Below are positions 1 through 13,698 of a stretch of 64,000 bases of DNA, one piece after another. Below the pieces are notes generated by a model. That model searched no databases, had not been told where the DNA came from, and saw nothing but the letters and a program-made list of their open reading frames with translations. The translations under genes and the position numbers were made by a program. Origin of the DNA: Actinomycetota bacterium (GTDB lineage: Bacteria; Actinomycetota; Thermoleophilia; BMS3ABIN01); contig JAMCPM010000019.1 in NCBI GenBank assembly GCA_023382335.1, positions 446-64,445 of the forward strand. Reading direction: 5' to 3'. Positions within the stretch are counted from its first letter, which is position 1. Every line of letters starts with the position of its first letter.

Positions 1-4
1 TAAA

Positions 5-505
5 TTGCATATTTGTGGTCCTGATGATGGTGGATCTTTAAAAAATATATCTTTTCTTTTTTATAACGCTGATCCATCAGTAGTTCTGGGAAATGATTTC
101 TCTGGAGGCACTATTAACTGTGTCACCGATGGTGAGGTAGAAGTAACGAACGCTTGCTCAACGAAAGATAATCTCAGGATTGCAGTAAGAACAAAGAACC
201 CCAAGGTTGATAAGTTTCAAGTTGAAATTAATGCAGAAGGCTATGCAGATGGGAGAGATAACGTGAAAGCAATCAGCAATAACGTTGGAGGAATGGAGAT
301 GAATATAGGATATGACGTAAATAAATATACTACTATCAAGAAAGTCGTGGTGGAGCCTATTATTTCGCATGGAACTATTTGCAGCGTTCAACGCAAAGAA
401 GCTGATTTAAGATTAAAAGGTTGGAATAGCTACCGGTTAGGACCACCACATATTTACCCCTCAAGAATAGCTTGGTTAATCAAATTTTTCCCAGCAGTAT
501 CGTAA
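5..505 (+). CDS. hypothetical protein, probably the 3' part of a gene that begins before the window
   Basis: The frame is open back to the window edge. No family recognised. The block is visibly AT-richer than the core genes. Confidence 0.3.
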   Translation: MHICGPDDGGSLKNISFLFYNADPSVVLGNDFSGGTINCVTDGEVEVTNACSTKDNLRIAVRTKNPKVDKFQVEINAEGYADGRDNVKAISNNVGGMEMNIGYDVNKYTTIKKVVVEPIISHGTICSVQRKEADLRLKGWNSYRLGPPHIYPSRIAWLIKFFPAVS

Positions 506-539
506 ACATTGGAGGGGATTCGACTCTTTATGCCTATAA

Positions 540-791
540 ATGTGCATGGCAATGCAAAAGAAGCCTTGTGTAGCCGTCATATTTAATTTCCCGATTTCTG
601 GGATGGGTCAAATCTATTGTGGGTATTTTCCGCGGGGATTTATCTTTCTGCTCCTGAACTTCTTTTCTGGCTCAACCTTTGCAGTCCAAGGCAGGATAGC
701 CATCGTTATTGCTGTTCCGGTATTGGTTGTTGCCATGCTTGATGCTTATTTTTTAGCAAAACGAATAAACGCTGTCGAAAACAGCAAATAG
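540..791 (+). CDS. small membrane protein, two predicted TM helices
   Basis: 83 aa with two hydrophobic stretches (FIFLLLNFFSGSTFAV, IAIVIAVPVLVVAMLDAYFLA) and a GMGQIYCG motif. AT-rich block. Confidence 0.35.
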   Translation: MCMAMQKKPCVAVIFNFPISGMGQIYCGYFPRGFIFLLLNFFSGSTFAVQGRIAIVIAVPVLVVAMLDAYFLAKRINAVENSK

Positions 792-803
792 GATTCGGAC
801 CTT

Positions 804-2684
804 TCACCTTATCAACCCCTCCTTGAACAGCACCCTCTGACTCACCATCAGCTGCTGTCCGGAAGTGCACACCACCCGCGCGGGCCCGTCCATGAGGTTG
901 TGGAACTGCGGCGTGATGCGGCCGCCCTCAGGTATCGTGAAGAAATCGTTGGCGGGCGCGCCGGGGTCATGCATCCTGACCCCGCCGATATAGATCTCCA
1001 CCCTCGCCTCGCCGCTCCCCTGGTTGGCCACCAGTATCCAGTTCCCCCACATGTAATTGCTGAGCGTAGAGTCGTACCAGGTGAACAGCTGGTCGGTTCC
1101 CAGTTGTGATGGCTTGGTGCCCTGCACTTCCTCGAAGGTGTTCCGGAATAGAACCCGCTGTGACACCATCAACGGTTGCCCGTTGGTCGAGACCACCCTG
1201 ACCGGGCCATCGGTGACGTGGTCGAAGATAGGGGTGACCATGCCGCCGGGCGGAATGGGATTGCCGGTCGCGGCGCTGTAGCGCGCCTTAAGGACTCCGC
1301 CGATGAACATGTCCACGTCGGCCGGCACGCCGCCGTGGTTGGCCGCCAGGATCCAGTCGCCGTGCATGACGCCGCCACTGCGGTCGAGGTCGTACCAGGT
1401 GAAGAGGTACTCGCTTCCCAGCGAAGTGGTGGGAACGCCCATGACCTCGTTGAAGCTGTCCTTGTATAGCACGCGTTGACTGACGATCAAAGGCTGGTGA
1501 TTGGTCGATTTGACCACCACCGGACCGCCGATGATGAAGGGGAAGTCCGGGGTGACGATGGCGCCCGGCGCGAGCGCGTTGCCCCGCGCGGCTGAATATT
1601 CCGCCCGCTTGATCCCACCGATCCAGATCTCGACGTCGGCGGAGGCGGCGCCCTGATTGGAAACCAGTATCCAGTTGCCGGCCATGCCGTTCTCGGGCCG
1701 CAGGTCGTACCAGGTGAACTCGTAGCTGTCGGAGAGCCCGCCGGCGGGAGTTCCCATGATCTCGTTGAACGAGTCACGGTAGAGCACGCGCTGGCTGGCG
1801 ATGATCGGCTGGCCGCTGGTGCAGACGACCCTTACCGGCCCCGCTTTGAGGCTGGAGAAGATTGGCGTGACCCGTCCGCCCTCGGGGATGATAAAGAAAT
1901 CGTTGGAAGGAGCGCCGGGATCGTGCATCCTGACACCGCCGATCCAGATCTCGACGCGGGCGTCGCCGCTGCCCTGGTTGCCGACCAGGATCCAGTTGCC
2001 GGCCATTCCGCTGGATGTTAGCGAGTCATACCAGGTGAAGTAATATTCGCTGGCCAGGCCCGCCGCCGGCGATCCGACCACCTCGTTGAAGCTCCCCAGG
2101 GTGTTGCCGCCGATCGGACGGCTATGGATGCGGTTGGCGATGCGGGCGATGTCGGCGCCGTAAGTCGTACCCGGCACGGCCCATTGACCACCGAGCTGGC
2201 GCAAGGTCTGGGCGGTGTTGCGGTGTCCGGGGCCGAAATGCCTGGGATCGTAGGCCGTGCTGCAATAGGGGTTCTGTTGATCGGGAAACATATACCAGGC
2301 CAGGTGGGCGTAATGGCCGATGACGCCGAGCTCCGGCGAGCCGTAGGTGATGCCGGGGACGCCGCCGCCGGTGGCGCCGATGCCGGCGAAGTTGTTCTGC
2401 CTCCAGGAGACGTCGCCGCCGTACCTGAGATAATTGGTCTCCAGCAGCATCTGGGCGAAGGCCAGGTCCGAACGGATGCCGAAGCGGTAGCCCCATTCCA
2501 CGTAGAGCTGGGCGATATTGGAATGCACATGGCCGGGGTTGACCGAATCGAGCTCGGCTTCCAGCTGCCCGGGGGTGATATTGGAGACGCCGGCGAGGGG
2601 TTCGTCGGCGGTCACCGCCCATGCCGGAGCGGCCGCGGCCAGGACGGCCACGCACGCCACTGCGGCAAATGAAAGGATCCTCAT
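804..2684 (-). CDS. secreted peptidoglycan hydrolase: N-terminal glucosaminidase (GH73/LytD-like) domain plus four tandem ~107-aa repeats
   Basis: Signal peptide MRILSFAAVACVAVLAAAAPAWA from the ATG at 2684. GH73-like core AQMLLETNYLRYGG...NNFAGIGATGGG. Four repeats share FTWYD / GNWILV-NQG / VEI-IGG / SQRVL. The ORF track extends to 2780, but the upstream codons look non-coding. Confidence 0.8.
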   Translation of the reverse strand: MRILSFAAVACVAVLAAAAPAWAVTADEPLAGVSNITPGQLEAELDSVNPGHVHSNIAQLYVEWGYRFGIRSDLAFAQMLLETNYLRYGGDVSWRQNNFAGIGATGGGVPGITYGSPELGVIGHYAHLAWYMFPDQQNPYCSTAYDPRHFGPGHRNTAQTLRQLGGQWAVPGTTYGADIARIANRIHSRPIGGNTLGSFNEVVGSPAAGLASEYYFTWYDSLTSSGMAGNWILVGNQGSGDARVEIWIGGVRMHDPGAPSNDFFIIPEGGRVTPIFSSLKAGPVRVVCTSGQPIIASQRVLYRDSFNEIMGTPAGGLSDSYEFTWYDLRPENGMAGNWILVSNQGAASADVEIWIGGIKRAEYSAARGNALAPGAIVTPDFPFIIGGPVVVKSTNHQPLIVSQRVLYKDSFNEVMGVPTTSLGSEYLFTWYDLDRSGGVMHGDWILAANHGGVPADVDMFIGGVLKARYSAATGNPIPPGGMVTPIFDHVTDGPVRVVSTNGQPLMVSQRVLFRNTFEEVQGTKPSQLGTDQLFTWYDSTLSNYMWGNWILVANQGSGEARVEIYIGGVRMHDPGAPANDFFTIPEGGRITPQFHNLMDGPARVVCTSGQQLMVSQRVLFKEGLIR

Positions 2685-2973
2685 TCCAGATATGGATTGA
2701 TTCCTGATAACGCCAGTCCCCGAAAAATCGCCCTGGAGAAAACGAGCTTTCATACTATACCGCTGCCGCTGGCCTCTCAAGGGTCACCCCGGCCCGCCGC
2801 ATATACTGGGTCGTCGGCCTCCGCTTGGAATTCCCGCCGTATGTTAGAATACCGCCCGTGCGGGATAAGTTAGCCCTGGAACAACCGGCATGAACATACG
2901 GCTCGAAATCCTGCTGGAACAACCGGCGCGAGCATCCGGCCGGCATGTCCGAACTCACAGACGGGAGGGCGCC

Positions 2974-3180
2974 ATGAAAGTCCCAAAAGTAGACCAGGAA
3001 AAATGCGAGGCCTGCGGCAATTGCGAGGCTATCTGCCCCGAGGTCTTCCAGATCATGGACGAAGACAGCAAGTCGCACGTGATCATAACCGACTTCACCG
3101 GCCTGGAGGGCTGCATCGAGGCGGCGGTCGAGAACTGCCCCGAGGACGCCATCACTTACGAGGAGGAAGAGAAAGACTGA
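2974..3180 (+). CDS. small single-cluster ferredoxin
   Basis: MKVPKVDQEKCEACGNCEAICPEVF...CIEAAVENCPEDAI has the CxxCxxC...CP pattern. GGGAGGG Shine-Dalgarno at 2963-2969 precedes the ATG at 2974; the track start at 2890 is unlikely. Confidence 0.8.
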   Translation: MKVPKVDQEKCEACGNCEAICPEVFQIMDEDSKSHVIITDFTGLEGCIEAAVENCPEDAITYEEEEKD

Positions 3181-3328
3181 GCCTGGTGCCAGGGCCTCCA
3201 GCCCGGCATTTTTGCTCTTTCCCACGGCTACGGCAGGTGATATACTCTTTCCTTGGAATTGACAAACACCATGGCAACAGGGCAGCCGATTGGTAGCAAG
3301 ATCCTACAATTTAACCGCTTTTCATCCC

Positions 3329-3353
3329 GCCGGAGCAGCGCCTCCGGTTTTTT
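3329..3353 (+). terminator. intrinsic-terminator-like hairpin in the ferredoxin-pyrG spacer
   Basis: CCGGAG-cagcgc-CTCCGG stem followed by a T6 run, about 80 nt upstream of the pyrG ATG. Confidence 0.5.
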
Positions 3354-3407
3354 CGTTCCCGGGGACAAGTCCCCTGAGATCCAATTCCTGGCTTCACAAT
3401 CATTTAA

Positions 3408-6356
<2,949 letters not shown>

Positions 6357-6360
<4 letters not shown>

Positions 6361-6884
6361 AAAACCGGGTGATCTCCTCTGAATATGCCTACCAGGGCCG
6401 CATCATCAGGCTGCGCCTCGACCAGGTGGAGCTGCCCGACGGCAGGCATACGCTGCGCGAGGTCATGGAGCATCCCGGAGCCGCGGTCATCGTGCCCGTC
6501 GACAGCGACGGGGCCGTGCGCTTGGTGCGGCAGTACCGTGACGCCGTCGGCAAGGAGCTTCTTGAGCTTCCCGCCGGCAAACTGAAACCCGGGGAGGACC
6601 CGGCCGAATGCGCACGGCGCGAACTGCGGGAAGAGCTGGGGCTCACAGCCGGCAAGCTCACGCATCTTACAAGTTTTTATTCCTCGCCCGGTTTCTGTGA
6701 TGAGATCCTCCATGTATTCCTGGCCGAGGATCTTGCCGAGGAAACAGAAGAGGGCGATCACGAGGAGTTCATCGAGCCCGGACAGCGGCCGCTCGAGCCT
6801 TTGGCGTCGCTGCTGGCAGAGTTTGAAGACGGCAAATCGCTCATCGGCGTCATGCTGGCGCACCGCGAGCTCGCGAACCGCTGA
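6357..6884 (+). CDS. NUDIX hydrolase (ADP-ribose pyrophosphatase-like)
   Basis: Nudix box GKLKPGEDPAECARRELREELGL. ATGA overlap with the upstream gene. Confidence 0.85.
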
Positions 6885-7014
6885 AGCGGATATGGCGCAG
6901 GCGAAATCTCCGGCCGCTGATGCCGCGGGCCGCACGTCATTCGCCCATCATTCGCGCGGCATTTGGTTTTAGCGTAACGACTTACAGGAATAAACAGACC
7001 CAAAGGAGAGCAGC

Positions 7015-8163
7015 TTGATAATCGGCGTTCCAGCAGAAGTCGAAGTAGACGAATATCGTGTGGCGGTCACGCCGGCCGGCGTCCGTGAGCTTGTCAGCGC
7101 CGGGCACACCGTCCTGGTCCAGAAAGGCGCAGGCGACGGCAGCAAGCTTCCCGACGCCGCCTACGCCGAACAGGGGGCCTCCATTGTCGAAGGCGTCGAG
7201 AATCTCTTTGGCGAAGCCGAGATGATCGTCAAGGTCAAGGATCCTTCCCCCCGGGAAGTGAAACTGCTGCGGCCGGAGCAGACGATCTTTTCCTTCCTGC
7301 ATCTGGCGCCGCAGCCTGAACTCGCCCGCCAGCTGATGGAGACAGGGGCCACCTGCATCGCCTACGAGACCGTCGAGCAGGACGGGCGCCTGCCGCTGCT
7401 CACGCCCATGAGCGAGATCGCCGGCCGCATGGCGGCGCAGGTCGGGGCCTATTTCCTTGAGAAGATGATCGGCGGCCGCGGCATCCTTCTCGGCGGAGTC
7501 GCTGGAGTGCCGCCTGCAAAGGTCGTCATCCTCGGCTCCGGCATCGTCGGCGCCCACGCGGCCAAGATCGCCGCCGGCATGCTGGCGAATGTCGTCGTCC
7601 TTGACAACAACCTCGAGCGTCTGCGTTCGCTGCAGGGATACGTTTCGGGAAGGCTGACAACGGTCATGTCGACAGCGCTTGCAATCGAAGACCATGTATC
7701 GACCGCCGATCTCGTCATCGGCGCCGTCCTCATCCCGGGAGCCACCGCGCCCAAGCTGATCAGCGGGGAGCTCGTCGAGGAGATGGTCCCGCATTCGGTC
7801 ATCGTCGATGTCTCGATAGACCAGGGCGGCTGCGCCGAAACTTCCCACATGACCACGCACAGCGAGCCCACCTACATGGTCCACGACGTCATCCATTACT
7901 GCGTCGGCAACATCCCCGGCGCCGTTCCCATCACCTCGACCTTCGCACTGGCCAACGCCACGCTGCCCTACATCATCGAGATAGCCAGTGAGGGCATCAC
8001 CGCCGCCATCCGCAGCAATGACGGTCTGTCAAAGGGCGTCAACGTCATGGAAGGCAAGATCACCAACCAGGCTGTCGCGGATTCCGTGGGCCTTCCTTAC
8101 TACCAGCTCTCCAGCATCATCCCGTTCAGGATGTCCGATTCCAACCAGTTTCCCGTTTCATAA
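7015..8163 (+). CDS. ald: alanine dehydrogenase
   Basis: MIIGVPAEVEVDEYRVAVTP..., KVKDP and a Rossmann motif VVILGSGIVGAHAA. TTG start. Confidence 0.92.
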   Translation: MIIGVPAEVEVDEYRVAVTPAGVRELVSAGHTVLVQKGAGDGSKLPDAAYAEQGASIVEGVENLFGEAEMIVKVKDPSPREVKLLRPEQTIFSFLHLAPQPELARQLMETGATCIAYETVEQDGRLPLLTPMSEIAGRMAAQVGAYFLEKMIGGRGILLGGVAGVPPAKVVILGSGIVGAHAAKIAAGMLANVVVLDNNLERLRSLQGYVSGRLTTVMSTALAIEDHVSTADLVIGAVLIPGATAPKLISGELVEEMVPHSVIVDVSIDQGGCAETSHMTTHSEPTYMVHDVIHYCVGNIPGAVPITSTFALANATLPYIIEIASEGITAAIRSNDGLSKGVNVMEGKITNQAVADSVGLPYYQLSSIIPFRMSDSNQFPVS

Positions 8164-8216
8164 AAGCATCGCCGCGCTAAATAAAATATTTGTGCCAAAA
8201 AAAGGAGCATTGGTGC

Positions 8217-9230
8217 TTGGTAGCGAATCTAGAGGCCATGGATCAGCTTGAATCGCTAAATGCTGATGAACTGGCCAAAGTCTCCACCCCCCAACCGGAT
8301 CCCCATGCGGTTTCACCTGACCATCTCATGGAAGAGTTCCTGGCCTTCCTGCAATTCGAACGCGGACTGGCAGACAATACGGTCTCTTCTTACCGCCGGG
8401 ACTTATCGCAATTCCGGCATTTCATGGACGGCCGCGAACTGGATCCGCTGGAAGTGACCACGCCGCTGATACGTGATTTTCTGGGAGAGCTTCAGGGCAC
8501 GGAGGGGATTCCCGCCAGCGCCACCATCGCCCGCAAGATCAGCGTCCTCAAAAGTTTCTACAAATATCTTTGCCGCGAGAATATTGCCGGGACCAACCCG
8601 GTGGTCGGAATCAAGTCACCAAAGCAGGGCCACAAACTTCCCACGGTGCTCAACCTTGCCGAAGTCCAGATCCTGCTGCAGCAACCGGCAGGCAGCTCGC
8701 CGGCGCCGCTGCGAGACGCCGCCATGCTCGAGCTGCTCTATGGCGCCGGCCTCAGAGTCTCGGAGCTGATAGGCCTGGGCACAGGCGACGTCGACCTCGA
8801 AGGCGGCTATGTGCGCTGCATGGGAAAAGGCTCCAAAGAACGGATGATCCCCGTGGGCGAGCCGGCCCTTCTGTCGGTCCGCCGCTACCTGCAGCTGGGA
8901 CGTCCCTTCCTGGGAAAGGGGGCCAAGTCCGGCCATCTCTTCCTCAACCGTTTCGGGCGCGGGCTGACGCGGCAGAGCGTGCACCGGATGCTCGTCACCT
9001 ACGCGCGCCAGGCCCAGATCCAAAAAACAGTGACGCCCCATACCTTGCGGCACAGTTTTGCCACCCATCTGCTGGCCGGAGGCGCCGACCTCCGCAGCGT
9101 CCAGGAGATGCTGGGGCACGCGGACGTCTCCACCACACAGATCTATACCCACCTCAGCCGGCAGAAGCTGCGCGATATCTATTTTGATTCGCATCCGCGG
9201 GCGAGGAAATCCCCCGCAAAGGCTCGATGA
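8217..9230 (+). CDS. xerD: tyrosine site-specific recombinase XerD
   Basis: N-terminal SAM-like domain ([23 protein letters not shown]). Catalytic residues lie in ...[14 protein letters not shown]...[14 protein letters not shown]. Sits next to deoB as in Bacillus. Start is uncertain: TTG 8217 after GGAG, or ATG 8238. Confidence 0.85.
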   Translation: MVANLEAMDQLESLNADELAKVSTPQPDPHAVSPDHLMEEFLAFLQFERGLADNTVSSYRRDLSQFRHFMDGRELDPLEVTTPLIRDFLGELQGTEGIPASATIARKISVLKSFYKYLCRENIAGTNPVVGIKSPKQGHKLPTVLNLAEVQILLQQPAGSSPAPLRDAAMLELLYGAGLRVSELIGLGTGDVDLEGGYVRCMGKGSKERMIPVGEPALLSVRRYLQLGRPFLGKGAKSGHLFLNRFGRGLTRQSVHRMLVTYARQAQIQKTVTPHTLRHSFATHLLAGGADLRSVQEMLGHADVSTTQIYTHLSRQKLRDIYFDSHPRARKSPAKAR

Positions 9231-10525
9231 TCAACCCTCTATGGCTGATGGGCCGCAAGCGGCTGCGCCGCCGGGTCCGCTGCCTGCTCATCACCCTCGA
9301 CGGAGTCGGCTGCGGCGCCCTTCCCGACGCTGCCGAATTCGGAGATGAAGGCGCCAACACGCTGGCGCACGTGGCCGAAGCTGCCGGCGGGCTGAAGCTG
9401 CCAAACCTCGGCGCCCTGGGCCTCGGCAACATCCTGCCGCTCGCCGGCGTGCCGCCGGTGCCCCGTCCCCAGGCGCTCTTCGGCAAACTCAAGGAGTCCT
9501 CCCGCGGAAAAGACACCACTGTCGGCCACTGGGAGATCATGGGCGTCGTCAGCGACAAACCCTTCCCCGTATACCCGCATGGATTTCCCCATGAGGTCAT
9601 CGAGGCATTCGAGCAGGCAACCGGGCGGGGCGTGCTCGGCAACGTTCCAGCCTCCGGCACCGATATCATCGCCCGGCTCGGCGAGGAGCACATGCAGACC
9701 GGCAAGCTCATCGTCTACACTTCGGCCGACAGCGTCTTTCAGATCGCCGCTCATGAAGAAGTCGTTCCTCTGGAGCAGCTCTACGAATATTGCGCCCAGG
9801 CGCGGAAGATCCTGCGCGGCGAGGATCAGGTGGCGCGTGTCATCGCCCGCCCGTTCGTCGGCAGCCCCGGCGGTTTCACCCGTACGCCTCACCGCCGCGA
9901 CTTTTCGGTGACGCCGCCGCGCAACTACCTCAACATCCTCTCTGAGATCGGTGTGCCGGTGCACGGCGTCGGGAAGATCTCACAGATCTTCGCCGGCTCC
10001 GGCGTCCGCTTCGAGCACAAGACCAGCGGCAATGCCGACGGGCTGGAGCGCTCGATCTCGCTGATGCGCGAACTGGATGAGGGCCTGGTGTTCACCAACC
10101 TGGTGGATTTCGACATGCTCTGGGGGCACCGCAACGACGCCGCCGGCTTCGCCGCCGGGCTGCAGGCTGTCGACGCCGCCATCCCGGAGCTGATAGCTTC
10201 CTGCGGGGAGAACGACCTGATGATCCTCACGGCCGATCATGGCTGCGACCCGGTGCATCCCGGGACCGACCATACAAGGGAATATATACCGCTGCTGGCG
10301 AGGCTGGGCAGCGAGGTCTTCTCTCCGGGAGGCTCACTCTTTGAGACTGCCGCGGAAGATGCCGTGGCTGGCGGCGCCGGGCGCCAACCGCGTGATCGGC
10401 CCTATCTGGGAGGATTCGGCGACATCGGCGCCACGGTGTTCAGATTCTTTACCGGACCGCGGCTGGAGATCGCCGAGGCGCTGAAGCTGGCGGGAAGACC
10501 GTTCCTGATATCAGGGAAGAAGTGA
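9227..10525 (+). CDS. deoB: phosphopentomutase
   Basis: [15 protein letters not shown] and [13 protein letters not shown] motifs. ATGA overlap with xerD. Confidence 0.9.
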   Translation: MINPLWLMGRKRLRRRVRCLLITLDGVGCGALPDAAEFGDEGANTLAHVAEAAGGLKLPNLGALGLGNILPLAGVPPVPRPQALFGKLKESSRGKDTTVGHWEIMGVVSDKPFPVYPHGFPHEVIEAFEQATGRGVLGNVPASGTDIIARLGEEHMQTGKLIVYTSADSVFQIAAHEEVVPLEQLYEYCAQARKILRGEDQVARVIARPFVGSPGGFTRTPHRRDFSVTPPRNYLNILSEIGVPVHGVGKISQIFAGSGVRFEHKTSGNADGLERSISLMRELDEGLVFTNLVDFDMLWGHRNDAAGFAAGLQAVDAAIPELIASCGENDLMILTADHGCDPVHPGTDHTREYIPLLARLGSEVFSPGGSLFETAAEDAVAGGAGRQPRDRPYLGGFGDIGATVFRFFTGPRLEIAEALKLAGRPFLISGKK

Positions 10526-10551
10526 AGAGCTGATTCGCGCGCTGCGAATCG

Positions 10552-11439
10552 CTAAATTCCGGCGCCTGTACCGGCCCACGGCGGCGTGGCTCCGACCGGG
10601 GCGCAGCGGCTGTAGGCAAAAGTAGCGTTCGCCTGCAGGCCGTCGTCGGTTGTGGCCGTGACCTTAGTGATTCCCCGGTCGAAATAAGGGACGATACAGA
10701 CAAAATATTGCGGCGGTGTCACCAGCGCCGTCGCCTGGCCCGCAGCATCGGTGACGCCCGAGCTCTCAATTATCCTGAAGCCGAACGGGTCCGACAGTCT
10801 CCATTTGACAGCCTTGCCTGCCACCGGACTGCCGCCTTCATCCTTCAGCGTCGCCGTAAACAGCCTGGCGCCGTACTGCTGGTCGGTGGGCAATTCCAGC
10901 CCGTCGAGCTCCGGCGGCGCCACCGGGCAACCCTCGTTGGCCCACGCCAAAGGCGGCTCTATCGTGAACTGCGGCGAGGAAACCGGCTGCGGCGGCGCCG
11001 GAGCGCAGACCACCTTGATCCGGCTGTAGAAACTGTCGACGCCGGCGGGCACCATGAACTTCAGTCTGACATTCCCGGAAGCGGCCTGCGGGATGTCACC
11101 AAGATCGATGGGAAGCGGGGTCTCGATCGAGACGCCCTGGCTGGCCTCGACCTGGGCGATGCGCAGCTGGCAGGGAACGCAGCCGCCGGTGTTCTGCAGG
11201 TTCTCGTCAACGGTCAGACGCCGTTCGAGATAATCGTTGTAGCTCGACCAGTACGCCTGCGGAGCGGTTTGTGCGACCTGCGGGTCGCACTGCGCCGTGG
11301 AAGCGAAGGCGACTGCCTGGAACGAAAAAATCGCCACCAGCGTCAAGGCCAAAAAGGCCAGCGCCGGCAACGAATACCCTGCAAAATATGTATTTCTCAT
11401 GCTGTTCTTCATACGCATAAACGCCCAGATAACACCCAA
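10552..11439 (-). CDS. secreted protein with bacterial Ig-like (Big_1-like) domain
   Basis: Hydrophobic signal LPALAFLALTLVAIFSFQAVAFA. Segment ARLFTATLKDEGGSPVAGKAVKWRLSD...DAAGQATALVTP resembles invasin-type Ig repeats. Exact start uncertain. Confidence 0.55.
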   Translation of the reverse strand: MGVIWAFMRMKNSMRNTYFAGYSLPALAFLALTLVAIFSFQAVAFASTAQCDPQVAQTAPQAYWSSYNDYLERRLTVDENLQNTGGCVPCQLRIAQVEASQGVSIETPLPIDLGDIPQAASGNVRLKFMVPAGVDSFYSRIKVVCAPAPPQPVSSPQFTIEPPLAWANEGCPVAPPELDGLELPTDQQYGARLFTATLKDEGGSPVAGKAVKWRLSDPFGFRIIESSGVTDAAGQATALVTPPQYFVCIVPYFDRGITKVTATTDDGLQANATFAYSRCAPVGATPPWAGTGAGI

Positions 11440-11614
11440 AGCCGACCCAGCAGCCCCTGATATGGCTCAGGGAGGCCGGACCGGCTCATCTAGTGTGTGA
11501 CCCCCAGCTTCAGCTTCTAACCCCTCGAATGGAAAGGCCCGCTCGCCGGATCTCACTGTAATCCGGCAATGGCTAGGTGTTGAGAGTACCATAAATTGAG
11601 GCCGCAGTCTATAC

Positions 11615-12928
11615 TTGATGACCATGATCTCACCGGTCGACATCATCCAGCACAAGCGGGATGGCGGCGAGCACTCGCCGCGGGAACTGGAGGAATTCAT
11701 CGCCGCTTTCATGGACGGGAAAGTGGCCGACTACCAGATGTCGGCCTGGCTGATGGCGGCGCTGCTCAAAGGCCTGACCCTGGACGAGACGCTGGCGCTC
11801 ACCGACGCCCTGCTGGCATCGGGGACGCGCCTCGATCTGAGCGACCTCGGCCATCCCGTCGTCGACAAGCACAGCACCGGCGGCGTCGGCGACAAGGTCA
11901 CGATGGTACTGGGGCCGCTCATGGCTTCCTGCGGCGCCATCTTCGGCAAGATGTCCGGACGCGGCCTGGGCCACACCGGCGGCACCATCGACAAGCTCGA
12001 ATCGATCCCCGGCTTTCGCACCACCATCGACGCCGCCGCCTTCAAGCAGCAGCTGGCCGATATCGGCATCTGCGTCGCCGGCCAGAGCAGCGACCTGGCT
12101 CCGGCGGACGACCGCATCTACGCCCTGCGCGACGTCACGGCAACGGTCGAGTCCAATCCCCTGATCGCCTCCAGCATCATCAGCAAGAAGCTGGCAGGAG
12201 GCGCCGGCGCCGTCGTCTTTGACGTCAAGGTCGGCAGCGGCTCCTTCTTCAAGACCAAAGGCCATGCACATGGTGTCCAGCATCTGATGAAGGCAGTAGG
12301 GGAGATGCGGGGACTGGCAGTCGAGACGGTGCTGAGCTCGATGGAACAGCCCCTGGGCTACGCCGTCGGCAACGTGCTCGAAGTGCTCGAGGCGGCTGAG
12401 ACCCTGGCAGGCAGGGGCCCGGACGATCTGGTGGAAGTCGTGGTGGCGCTGGCCGCAAGCCTGCTGACGCATTCCGACCTGGGTTGGGACAGGCAGAAGG
12501 CTCTCGAGGAAGCCCGCTCGCGCCTGTCCCGGGGTGAAGCGCTCGGCAAGTTCCGCGAGTGGATCTCCCGCCAGGGTGGCGACGCATCCTTTATCGAAGA
12601 ACCCTCGCTTTTGTCCGCCGCCCGCCACCGCTTGCCGGCTACCGCCGCCGGCAGCGGCTGGATTGAATCGATCGACGCTCTGGCTATAGGAAGAGCGGTG
12701 CTGGACCTTGGCGCCGGGCGCCGCCTGAAGACAGACGTCATCGACCACGCCGTGGGCGCGGTCCTGCGCCTGAAGGTGGGCGATAGCGTCAGCGCGGGCC
12801 AGGAGCTGGCGACCGTATACGCAACCGGTCGCGAAAAGGGCGTCTCAGCGGTGGCTTCCATCCAGGACGCCTACAGGATTTCAGCGACGAAGGTAGAACC
12901 TGCTTCCGTACTGCTGGACCAGGAATGA
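11615..12928 (+). CDS. pdp: pyrimidine-nucleoside (thymidine) phosphorylase
   Basis: DIIQHKRDGGEHS..., QMSAWLMAALLKG and DKHSTGGVGDK motifs. Confidence 0.93.
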   Translation: MMTMISPVDIIQHKRDGGEHSPRELEEFIAAFMDGKVADYQMSAWLMAALLKGLTLDETLALTDALLASGTRLDLSDLGHPVVDKHSTGGVGDKVTMVLGPLMASCGAIFGKMSGRGLGHTGGTIDKLESIPGFRTTIDAAAFKQQLADIGICVAGQSSDLAPADDRIYALRDVTATVESNPLIASSIISKKLAGGAGAVVFDVKVGSGSFFKTKGHAHGVQHLMKAVGEMRGLAVETVLSSMEQPLGYAVGNVLEVLEAAETLAGRGPDDLVEVVVALAASLLTHSDLGWDRQKALEEARSRLSRGEALGKFREWISRQGGDASFIEEPSLLSAARHRLPATAAGSGWIESIDALAIGRAVLDLGAGRRLKTDVIDHAVGAVLRLKVGDSVSAGQELATVYATGREKGVSAVASIQDAYRISATKVEPASVLLDQE

Positions 12929-12994
12929 GCGCTCCGGCCGCGGAAGCATGCCTGTGCTGAAAGCGGGCGGCCGGGCGCAGGAACCAGGGGAGCC

Positions 12995-13606
12995 ATGCGC
13001 GACCGGAAGAATCCCGACATCGATAGCGTCAGGAGCACCCGCAGGATAATCAGTTTCAGCGACGGCGTCTTTGCGGTCGCCATCACCCTGCTGGTGGTGC
13101 AGCTTCCCATCCCGGTCAATGCGCCCAACCACGAACTCGGCGGCGACATCACGGCGAACATGCCCATGCTGATCAGCTACGGCATCAGCTTCGGCGTAAT
13201 CGCGCTCAACTGGCTCAAACACCTCGCCTTCAACAACCACGTCAGGCGTTACAGCGTCGGACTCATCTGGCTGAACTTCCTGTATCTGATGGTCATTGCC
13301 TTTCTTCCCTTTCCCACCGCGGTATATGGAACACATTTCAGCGACGAGGTGGCCCAGATACTTTATGCCGGCGCCGTCTGCACCGCGGGTTACCTCGCCT
13401 CCCTGATGTGGGTGTGGACGCTGAGGACACCCTCGCTCCTGCACAAAGGCATCGACCTGGGCGAAGTGCGCCACTCCCTCTACGTCTCGTTGATAATGCC
13501 GACGGGTTTTGCCGTCTCGATCCCCGGCAGCCTGATCTATCCTCCCGCGGTTCCCTATATCTGGATTGGTTTCGCGGCGGCCACGCCTTTCCTGCGAAAA
13601 CTGTAG
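12995..13606 (+). CDS. TMEM175-family (DUF1211) potassium channel
   Basis: RIISFSDGVFAVAITLLV signature at the first helix, with six hydrophobic helices. Confidence 0.8.
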   Translation: MRDRKNPDIDSVRSTRRIISFSDGVFAVAITLLVVQLPIPVNAPNHELGGDITANMPMLISYGISFGVIALNWLKHLAFNNHVRRYSVGLIWLNFLYLMVIAFLPFPTAVYGTHFSDEVAQILYAGAVCTAGYLASLMWVWTLRTPSLLHKGIDLGEVRHSLYVSLIMPTGFAVSIPGSLIYPPAVPYIWIGFAAATPFLRKL

Positions 13607-13698
13607 AGCCGCCGGCGATTTGCCCGAACCCGGTGGTTTTGCTAGCGTTAGCTCTCGAAAGTCAACGCGGCGGCCAGCCGCCAGGCAAGGAGTTTCCC

